Origin: Nitrosococcus oceani ATCC 19707
Lineage (GTDB): Bacteria; Pseudomonadota; Gammaproteobacteria; Nitrosococcales; Nitrosococcaceae
Assembly: GCF_000012805.1 (NCBI RefSeq)
Contig: NC_007484.1
Coordinates: forward strand, 1,890,001-1,922,000
DNA: 32,000 nucleotides
Direction of reading: 5' to 3'
A program made the translations under genes and the position numbers. The stretch's first letter is position 1. The number at the start of each line of letters is the position of its first letter. Under the pieces are notes generated by a model, which ran no database searches, was not told the DNA's origin, and saw only the letters and a list, made by a program, of their open reading frames with translations. Below, in pieces: positions 10,800-17,763 of this stretch.

Positions 10800-11786
10800 C
10801 TACCCCTGTTTCTGCCTCTTGGTCAATAATACCGCTGCCGCATTCTCCTCAAAGTGCCGTGCTGCTTCGATGTACTCCCACACCGTTCCATCATGCACCC
10901 ACCCCCCCTGGCGCTTGATGGATTCAAAAGAGGCTCCAGCACGATGGGCAGTGGTAGCTAAACTCCGGCGCAGGCTATGGCTACTGAGCTCTGATACGAA
11001 GCCTAGACCCACTTGGGTAGCTACAGCCTTTAAAATAAGATTCACACCCGCCGGATGGAGAGGGGCATCCAAAAGAGTTTCCCAGCGGTTCACGCGCCGA
11101 AAGAGGGGGCCTGATTCAATACCTGCAATTCTGAGCCAAGCATTCAAGGCTGTAACGGGACATAACTCCCCTTCCCCATAAGGCAATGCCTTCAACTGCC
11201 CTTCACCGCTTTGATCAGTTTTAGAGCGAGGTACAGTGATAAGGATTCCTTCTGGCTCCCACTGCAGGTGTGCTAGGTGCACCTGCACCAACTCGCTACG
11301 CCGAAATGCTCCGAAAAAACCCACCAACAGCAAGGCCCGGTCTCGGTAGGCTTTAAGGTTGGATTGTGCCGAAAGGTGATTCACCATCGCTTTTAGGTGC
11401 TCCAAGCGAAAGGCTTTGGCTTGACGCTTAGGCTTTCCTTGCCGACGGGCAATGCCTTGGAAGAGTTTACGGACTTCTGGAGCCACCGTGGGATCGGGAA
11501 ACTCTTGGAGTTGATGCCAGTAGCGCAAGGCTGTTAGCCGCAGCGACAAGGTACGAGGATTGAGGATCTCGGCATGAGCCAACAAGTAAGCGCTCACCAT
11601 GGAGGCATCCGCCGGCAAATGGCCACCCCAGCGCTCAAAGTGGCGAATTGCTGAGCGATAGGCTCGCCGGGTATTCTCTGCCGTAGCCGCTTCGATATAG
11701 CGCTGATGCTGTAGCGTTAAGGTACTCTCGGATTCAACGTAACCCAACATTTCCGCAGCCTGTTTGGGGGTTAATTCATGGGACAT
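10800..11786 (-). CDS. Cre-type tyrosine site-specific recombinase
   Basis: 328 aa. It is collinear with remembered Cre, and the catalytic set is present: R in FRRSEL, K in RSKTDQ, H-x-x-R in SHSLRRS, Trp in GGW (Cre uses Trp where most family members have the second His) and Tyr in WEYI. Confidence 0.85.
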   Translation of the reverse strand: MSHELTPKQAAEMLGYVESESTLTLQHQRYIEAATAENTRRAYRSAIRHFERWGGHLPADASMVSAYLLAHAEILNPRTLSLRLTALRYWHQLQEFPDPTVAPEVRKLFQGIARRQGKPKRQAKAFRLEHLKAMVNHLSAQSNLKAYRDRALLLVGFFGAFRRSELVQVHLAHLQWEPEGILITVPRSKTDQSGEGQLKALPYGEGELCPVTALNAWLRIAGIESGPLFRRVNRWETLLDAPLHPAGVNLILKAVATQVGLGFVSELSSHSLRRSLATTAHRAGASFESIKRQGGWVHDGTVWEYIEAARHFEENAAAVLLTKRQKQG

Positions 11787-11924
11787 TATTTTTCTTCCTT
11801 AATCCGTTTCTAAGATCCTCATCACCTACGCCTAATGATAAACTAAAACCCTGATAGCCTATGCTCCTTTCCCTCGAAGAAAAATTCACCGAAAATAATA
11901 GAAATTTCCGACGCTGCACTCGAG

Positions 11925-11963
11925 TCAGAAGATAGAGCTTTCTGAAATCTTTCAGATTTCTGA
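11925..11963. repeat. Cluster of four alternating TTCTGA/TCAGAA half-sites (interleaved inverted repeats)
   Basis: Read directly: TCAGAA (11925-30), then 9 nt, then TTCTGA (11940-45). There is a perfect 7-2-7 palindrome TCTGAAA-TC-TTTCAGA (11941-56) and TCAGA-TT-TCTGA (11952-63). The cluster lies 55-93 nt upstream of the cysZ ATG. Confidence 0.8.
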
Positions 11964-12017
11964 CCCACAAGATGCCCTTCCCTTAATCCATGACTCAAAC
12001 TTAATGAGGAATAAACC

Positions 12018-12803
12018 ATGATTACCCAAGTTTTTGTAGGCGTAAATCACCTTTTACGGGGGTTTCATCTTATTCACCGTCCAGGGCTGCGTGCCTATGC
12101 TTATATTCCCCTCACCATTAACATCCTCCTTTTTGGTATCCTTATTTGGTTAGGTGCCGCCCAATTTGGTACTCTTATCGATGCACTGCTGCCACCATGG
12201 CTAGAGTGGTTACATTGGTTACTGTGGCCTCTATTTGCAGTCACGATGGCCGTCATAGTTTTTTTTATTTTCTCCCTCATCGCTAACTTGATTGGCGCAC
12301 CCTTCAATGGACCGCTGGCAAGAGCCGTCGAGCAATACCTTACTGGCCAGGAAATACAAGAATCTAGTACAACATTACTTCGAGAAGCTTGTTCAGCAAT
12401 TTGGATGGAGCTGAATAAAATCGGCTATTTCGCCCTCCGAGCTATTCCTCTCCTGCTTTTATTTCTCATCCCTGGACTTAACCTTGTCGCTCCTTTCCTA
12501 TGGTTCACTTTCAGCGCATGGATGTTTGCCTTAGAATACATGGACTATCCCATGGGAAACCACAGAATTAGTTTCTCTCAACAGAGACAACGATTACAAC
12601 GACACCGTTTACTAGGGCTAGGGTTTGGGGGAGCAACCTTATTCGCCACCAGCATTCCCTTAGTGAATTTTTTCGTTATGCCCAGTGCTGTTGCTGGTGC
12701 TACTGCCCTTTGGGTCACTCATTTAAAGTCCCGCCACGAAACACAAGCGCAACCCTCTGCTTTTCAAAGCCCATCTGGCCAACAAGAGAGCTCTATAAAC
12801 TAA
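12018..12803 (+). CDS. cysZ: Sulfate transporter CysZ
   Basis: 261 aa, multi-pass membrane protein. It aligns with remembered E. coli CysZ: APFNG, LWFxFSAWM, YxDYP, MPxAVxGATAxWV. Confidence 0.8.
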   Translation: MITQVFVGVNHLLRGFHLIHRPGLRAYAYIPLTINILLFGILIWLGAAQFGTLIDALLPPWLEWLHWLLWPLFAVTMAVIVFFIFSLIANLIGAPFNGPLARAVEQYLTGQEIQESSTTLLREACSAIWMELNKIGYFALRAIPLLLLFLIPGLNLVAPFLWFTFSAWMFALEYMDYPMGNHRISFSQQRQRLQRHRLLGLGFGGATLFATSIPLVNFFVMPSAVAGATALWVTHLKSRHETQAQPSAFQSPSGQQESSIN

Positions 12804-12838
12804 CCCTTATAGCAAAAACCATAGTTTGAAAAACCAGC

Positions 12839-14500
12839 ATGTTGGCTAACTCAAACATCGTCCCAAAAATCAATCTACTCCTTATCGAAGATAATCCAGG
12901 TGATGTCCGGCTGGTACAACTTGCCCTACAAGAGGTAACCGGGGTTAAGTTCGAGACTACGGCGGTAGAGCGACTCAGCCAAGCGCTGTCCTTGCTCGAG
13001 CATCAGCAATTTGATGCCATTTTACTAGATTTAACCCTACCTGACTGTCACGGTCTCCATACTTTTAGCCAGGTAAAAGAGGCTGCACCTCAGCTACCCA
13101 TCGTGGTGCTAAGCGGTTTATCTAATGAAGAACTAGCCATCGAGGCAGTAAAACTCGGAGCCCAGGATTATTTAGTCAAAGGTCAAAGTAATAATCAGCT
13201 GGCGGGGCGAGCATTACGTTATGCGGTGGAAAGAAAGCAAACTGAAACTGTATTGCGCCAAGCTCGAGATGAATTGGAGCAACGCATCGCTGAGCGAACA
13301 GCCCATCTGAAGAAGGCCAATTGCCAGCTTCAGCAAGAAATCCTCCAGCGGAAACGCACTGAAGCATTGCTCCGAAAAGAACGGGACTTTAGCTCTATGA
13401 TCTTGGATACTGCCGATGTCCTGGTGGTAATTCTCAACAGTCAGGGCCAGATTGTTCGCCTTAACCGAGCCTTCCAGAAAATTAGCGGATATCCTTCCGA
13501 GGAAGCGCAAGGACGGTATCTTTGGGAGCTTACCTATTTTCCAGACCAAATAAAAAAAGACACCAGGGAAAAACTCAAACAATGGCAAACACCAAACACT
13601 CCCAAGAAGCATGAAAGCTATTGGCAAGCGAAAACGGGGGAGCGATACCTGATCGCTTGGTCAAGCACAGCACTATTCGCCCCCAGTGGGGCTCTAGATT
13701 ATGTTATTTATACTGGTATCGATATTACCGAGCAAAGACAGGCTGAAGATCTTGCTCGGCAGCGTTTGCTTGAGCTAGCTCATATCTCCCGTTTAAGCAC
13801 CCTCGGGGAAATGGCTGCCCAGATTGCCCACGAACTCAACCAACCCCTAGGAGCCATCACTACGTATAGCGATATTTGCTTGCGCACTCTTGAGCCACAA
13901 ACCTCAAAACATCAACCACTTCGCGATATATTGGAGGAAATCGCAACCCAAGCCGAGCGAGGAGGAAAAATTATTCGTCATCTTCGTAACCTTATCCACA
14001 AAAAAGAGCAACGATGGGCTTCTCTGGCAATCAACGAACTCATTCGTGAAACCGTTGGTATCATGCAGGCTGAAGCACGGTGGCAAAACATTACGATTAA
14101 ACTCGACTTGCAAACGTCACTTCCTTCTATTACCGCTGATAGCCTTCTACTCCAACAGGTATTTCTCAATCTGATGCGTAATGCCTTCGATGCCATGATA
14201 GCGAACCCCTGCAACGGTGATCGGCAAATCAGAATTAAAACGTCATGGATAAAAAAAACCGCTATTGAAATTCAAATCCAAGATACAGGGCCGGGGCTAC
14301 CAGATAACCTCAAGCAGAAAATATTTGAGCCTTTTTTCACGACTAAAACGGAAGGTATGGGAATGGGATTGCCGATTTGTCAATCCATTATCGAAGCCCA
14401 TGGAGGTTGGCTTTTAGCGACTGATAATAAGCACGGTGGTGCTGTATTTCAGCTTAGGCTGCCAATTATCTCCCCAAAGAATACTCTTCATGGCAGCTAA
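12839..14500 (+). CDS. Hybrid sensor kinase with N-terminal receiver: REC, coiled coil, PAS, HisKA, HATPase
   Basis: 553 aa. REC (LLIEDNPGDV...ILLDLTLPD...KLGAQDYLVKG), a PAS segment, H-box AHELNQPL, N-box LMRNAFDAM, G1 DTGPGL, F-box FEPFFTTK and G2 GMGMGL. Confidence 0.9.
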   Translation: MLANSNIVPKINLLLIEDNPGDVRLVQLALQEVTGVKFETTAVERLSQALSLLEHQQFDAILLDLTLPDCHGLHTFSQVKEAAPQLPIVVLSGLSNEELAIEAVKLGAQDYLVKGQSNNQLAGRALRYAVERKQTETVLRQARDELEQRIAERTAHLKKANCQLQQEILQRKRTEALLRKERDFSSMILDTADVLVVILNSQGQIVRLNRAFQKISGYPSEEAQGRYLWELTYFPDQIKKDTREKLKQWQTPNTPKKHESYWQAKTGERYLIAWSSTALFAPSGALDYVIYTGIDITEQRQAEDLARQRLLELAHISRLSTLGEMAAQIAHELNQPLGAITTYSDICLRTLEPQTSKHQPLRDILEEIATQAERGGKIIRHLRNLIHKKEQRWASLAINELIRETVGIMQAEARWQNITIKLDLQTSLPSITADSLLLQQVFLNLMRNAFDAMIANPCNGDRQIRIKTSWIKKTAIEIQIQDTGPGLPDNLKQKIFEPFFTTKTEGMGMGLPICQSIIEAHGGWLLATDNKHGGAVFQLRLPIISPKNTLHGS

Positions 14501-15095
14501 AAATACGATATATATCGTGGATGATGATGGAGCAATGCGTAAATCACTTGCCTTGCTTTTGCAAGGGGAAGGTTTTGATGTAAAAACTTACTCTTCCGCG
14601 CAAACATTTATTGAAAGGGAGAGCCCCCCCTTAACGGGATGTCTCTTGCTAGATGTACGAATGCCTGGCATAGATGGGTTTGAATTACAAAACATATTAC
14701 AATTACGGGGAATTCACCTCTCCATTATCATGATTACCGGACATGCCGATGTACCCATGGCGGTTCGGGCAATGAAACTAGGAGCCAAGGATTTTATTGA
14801 AAAACCCTTCCGTGCTCAAACCCTATTGGATCGTCTCCATAAAATATTATCCGAAGAAACTCCTAAGAAGCAATTCCACTCGCAGCCAGAAAAATTAGCC
14901 CAGCTAGAGTCCCTAACCCGGCGAGAACGTCAAGTATTTAAACTGCTCGCACAAGGCAAAATGAACAAACACATCGCCGCCGAGCTATGCATTAGTATTC
15001 GAACCGTTGAAACTCATCGGGCTAATATTATGGAGAAATTAAAAGTTAGATCCCTTGCCGATATTGTCCGATTGGCTATTTTGGAAACGCTTTAA
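14490..15095 (+). CDS. FixJ/LuxR-family response regulator
   Basis: I chose the ATG at 14490 (MAAKNTIYIVDDDG) rather than the track start at 14436. It has REC (DD, LLDVRMPG, ITGHADV, EKPF) plus a LuxR-type HTH (LTRRERQVF...ISIRTVETHRANIMEKL). It overlaps the kinase stop by 11 nt. Confidence 0.9.
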   Translation: MAAKNTIYIVDDDGAMRKSLALLLQGEGFDVKTYSSAQTFIERESPPLTGCLLLDVRMPGIDGFELQNILQLRGIHLSIIMITGHADVPMAVRAMKLGAKDFIEKPFRAQTLLDRLHKILSEETPKKQFHSQPEKLAQLESLTRRERQVFKLLAQGKMNKHIAAELCISIRTVETHRANIMEKLKVRSLADIVRLAILETL

Positions 15096-15123
15096 GTAGA
15101 AGCAAAGTAAATTATATTTATTA

Positions 15124-15148
15124 TAATTCAAATACTTAACTTGAATTA
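15124..15148. promoter_or_regulatory. 8-bp-arm inverted repeat TAATTCAA-N9-TTGAATTA upstream of the sigma gene
   Basis: Read directly. It lies about 100 nt upstream of the ATG at 15251 and 29 nt downstream of the FixJ-type gene stop. It is AT-rich, so its statistical weight is modest. It could be an operator or a weak terminator stem. Confidence 0.3.
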
Positions 15149-15250
15149 ATTCATTCTCCGTAGAAATACGGATAGCCACCGCTAGGGTTTATCTTATAAA
15201 AATAGCTGCAAAGTAAGCTAGCAGTAAAGCAGTAAAAAGGAGCAGCAGCT

Positions 15251-16162
15251 ATGGTTAGCAAAAAGATTTCCTCTCTCCAATCGATAAATATTACCGCCCC
15301 ATTAGCAAACAATAAAAAGACTGGAGATAGCGCTAAGCAGTCTCAATCTACAGGATTTACCCTGGAAAATCTTTACATGCGGGAGGCTGGTAAAGTGCCC
15401 TTGTTGAGCGCCGAAGAAGAAAGGCATTATGCACGATTGGCTCAACAAGGGGACCGCGAAGCCCGAAATCACATTATCGAAAGTAATTTGCGAATAGTCA
15501 TAAGAATGGCGACCCGCCATATTAATCGTGGCCTGCCTTTAATGGATTTAATTGAAGAAGGCAACCTTGGGCTTATTGATGCGGTAGAGAAATTTAACCC
15601 TGAACTTGGTTTCCGGTTTTCTACCTATGCCAGTTGGTGGATACGCCAGGCAATAGAGCGGGCGCTGATGAATCAAACCCGAACTATTCGGGTTCCTATT
15701 CATGTTTTTAAAAAAATTCGTTGTTATCAAAAGGAAGCAAGATATTTTAGACAGAGATATAATATTGAACCCCATTTAGGAGAGATTGCAAAATTGCTTC
15801 ACGAACCCTTGGAAAGGATACAGCGCTATCTTAGCTTGCAGGCACCAGAAATATCGCTGGATGATCCCCTGAGCGAGGACACTGACGACTGCTTGGTTGA
15901 TCTACTTCCTGATGAAAGGAACAACCCCGCTATCTTATGGGAGATTTTTGATAAAAAAGCCAGCATTCATAACCAATTATCGCAACTCCCTGAGCGTCAG
16001 CAGGAGATTATTAAATGCCGCTACGGATTGGATGGCTATGAAGTAACAACTCTTGAGGAAATAGGTCAAAAACTTGGTATTACCCGTGAACGAGTACGAC
16101 AGATTCAGCAAACGGCCATCAAGCGACTTCGCAAAATTATCGAAAGCGAGACTACGGCATAA
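15251..16162 (+). CDS. rpoS: RpoS-type (group 2) sigma-70 family sigma factor
   Basis: 303 aa with AAGGAG 9 nt upstream. It is near-collinear with remembered E. coli RpoS: LIEEGNLGLI.AVEKF.PE.GFRFSTYA.WWIRQ.IERA.MNQTRTIR.PIH, and region 4.2 GITRERVRQIQ. The residue equivalent to RpoS K173 is Lys (PIHVFK), where RpoD has Glu. Confidence 0.85.
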   Translation: MVSKKISSLQSINITAPLANNKKTGDSAKQSQSTGFTLENLYMREAGKVPLLSAEEERHYARLAQQGDREARNHIIESNLRIVIRMATRHINRGLPLMDLIEEGNLGLIDAVEKFNPELGFRFSTYASWWIRQAIERALMNQTRTIRVPIHVFKKIRCYQKEARYFRQRYNIEPHLGEIAKLLHEPLERIQRYLSLQAPEISLDDPLSEDTDDCLVDLLPDERNNPAILWEIFDKKASIHNQLSQLPERQQEIIKCRYGLDGYEVTTLEEIGQKLGITRERVRQIQQTAIKRLRKIIESETTA

Positions 16163-16185
16163 ATAAGATCCGTTCAGATAAAATA

Positions 16186-17292
16186 ATGACAAGGGAAATT
16201 CAGCTGCCTTTCGAGCGGCTATTTGACACTGCCCCCGATGCCATGGTGATCTCTGATCATCAGGGCCGCATCGTCCTCGTTAACGCCATGGCTGAACGGA
16301 TGCTTGGCTATTCGCGAGCAGAACTAATAAGCCAGCCTCTTGAGATTCTGGTACCAAAGCAACACCGCGATGGCCACGCCCGCCAGCGTCAAAAGTATTA
16401 TCGTCACCCCCGCACTCGCCCCATGGGCGAAGGTCGTGAACTCTATGCAGTACGCAAGGACGGCAGCATGTTTTCGGCCGAGATCAGCCTCAGCCCCATG
16501 GAAGTAGATGGCCGCTTATTAATTACGAGCGCTATCCGAGATATTACGGAACGCAAACAAATACAGAAAACACTAGAACAGCAAACCCAGGATCTCATGC
16601 GCTCTAATGCCGAATTAGAACAATTCGCCTATGTGGCTTCCCATGACCTCCAGGAGCCGCTTCGAATGGTCAGCAGTTATGCCCAGTTGCTCGCCCGTCG
16701 CTACCGGAATCAATTAGACTCCGATGCCGATGAATTCATCGAGTTCATGGTGGATGGGGCCACTCGAATGCAGGCACTCATCAATGACTTGCTCGCTTAT
16801 TCCCGCGCAGGCACCAAAAATAGAACTTTTGCCACAACCAATAGTAACGGGGTAGTCCGGCAGGTTCTGGAAAGCCTCCAATTTGTAGTTAAAGAAACTC
16901 AGGCCTCCCTGACTGTTGATCCTTTGCCCCTGTTAATAGCAGATGAAGCCCAACTCGCACAACTATTCCAGAACCTCATCAGTAATGCCTTAAAATTTCG
17001 GGGAGAAACGATACCGAGAATCCATATTAGCGCTAAAGAGGAAGAGAATGAAATTATCTTTTCCATAGCTGATAACGGGATTGGGATTGAACCTCAATAC
17101 GCCGAACGAATTTTTTTACTTTTTCAGCGCCTGCATAGCAAAAGGGAATATCCCGGCACAGGTATTGGCCTCGCCATTTGCAAGAAGATCGTGGAATGTC
17201 ACGGGGGGCGGATTTGGGTAGAATCCAAGCAGGGCAGGGGGGCTACGTTTTTCTTCACCTTGCCATTCAAACCAGAAAAACCCCTACCATAA
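16186..17292 (+). CDS. Cytoplasmic PAS-domain sensor histidine kinase
   Basis: 368 aa with no transmembrane segment. One PAS domain ([15 protein letters not shown]), H-box [10 protein letters not shown]-box LISNALKF, G1 DNGIGI and G2 GTGIGL. It starts 23 nt after the sigma gene stop. Confidence 0.9.
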   Translation: MTREIQLPFERLFDTAPDAMVISDHQGRIVLVNAMAERMLGYSRAELISQPLEILVPKQHRDGHARQRQKYYRHPRTRPMGEGRELYAVRKDGSMFSAEISLSPMEVDGRLLITSAIRDITERKQIQKTLEQQTQDLMRSNAELEQFAYVASHDLQEPLRMVSSYAQLLARRYRNQLDSDADEFIEFMVDGATRMQALINDLLAYSRAGTKNRTFATTNSNGVVRQVLESLQFVVKETQASLTVDPLPLLIADEAQLAQLFQNLISNALKFRGETIPRIHISAKEEENEIIFSIADNGIGIEPQYAERIFLLFQRLHSKREYPGTGIGLAICKKIVECHGGRIWVESKQGRGATFFFTLPFKPEKPLP

Positions 17293-17317
17293 ACATAGAA
17301 ATTTCAGGCGGCAAGGT

Positions 17318-17737
17318 ATGGAAATATTACTAGTAGAAGATAACCCCGGCGATGTAAGATTAACCCAAGAAGCGTTCAAAGAAGCAAAAATACAAAATCA
17401 GCTCTATGTAGTGGAAGATGGAGTTGCGGCGATGGAATTTTTACACCAACAAGGTCAATATGCGGACGTTCCCCGGCCCCATCTCATTTTACTTGATTTA
17501 AATCTACCGAAAAAAGACGGTCGCGAAGTGCTTCGAGAGATCAAACAAAACTCCGCACTCAAGCGTATTCCGGTAGTGGTTCTAACCACTTCTGGAGACA
17601 AAAAAGACATTCTAATAAGCTATGATCTCCATGCTAATTGCTATATAACTAAACCCGTAGAATTAGATCAGTTTATTCAAATCGCTAAAAGCATCGATAA
17701 TTTTTGGCTCACTACTGTCAGTTTACCTGGCGAATAA
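17318..17737 (+). CDS. Single-domain (CheY/Rcp1-like) response regulator
   Basis: 139 aa, REC domain only: [32 protein letters not shown]. It starts 25 nt after the kinase stop. Confidence 0.9.
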   Translation: MEILLVEDNPGDVRLTQEAFKEAKIQNQLYVVEDGVAAMEFLHQQGQYADVPRPHLILLDLNLPKKDGREVLREIKQNSALKRIPVVVLTTSGDKKDILISYDLHANCYITKPVELDQFIQIAKSIDNFWLTTVSLPGE

Positions 17738-17763
17738 GTTTGGAATGGCTCAACGTTTATCAA

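Noticed and set aside
10774-12017. tRNA gene or att-type direct repeats flanking the recombinase as evidence of an integrated element
   Set aside because: I found no tRNA-like T-arm or acceptor sequence. I also found no repeat shared between the 10774-10799 spacer and the 11787-12017 spacer. Only repeats internal to the upstream spacer were found.
14436-14489. Longer N-terminal extensions offered by the track for the FixJ regulator (14436), putA (20925, TTG) and arginase (27376, TTG; 27355, ATG)
   Set aside because: The extensions add residues with no counterpart in the respective families. The shorter starts give canonical N-termini (MAAKNTIYIVDDD, MISDIELP, MKIIRIIGV). The arginase 27355 start has a plausible G-rich Shine-Dalgarno sequence, so it remains a minor alternative.
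16186-16600. Possible haem-binding (FixL-like) PAS domain in the second kinase, based on [13 protein letters not shown]...RKDGSMF resembling the FixL YRxEHDxY...RKDGSTFP segment
   Set aside because: The same pattern is common in a very large non-haem PAS subfamily. The surrounding FixL haem-pocket residues cannot be verified by eye, so the resemblance is insufficient.
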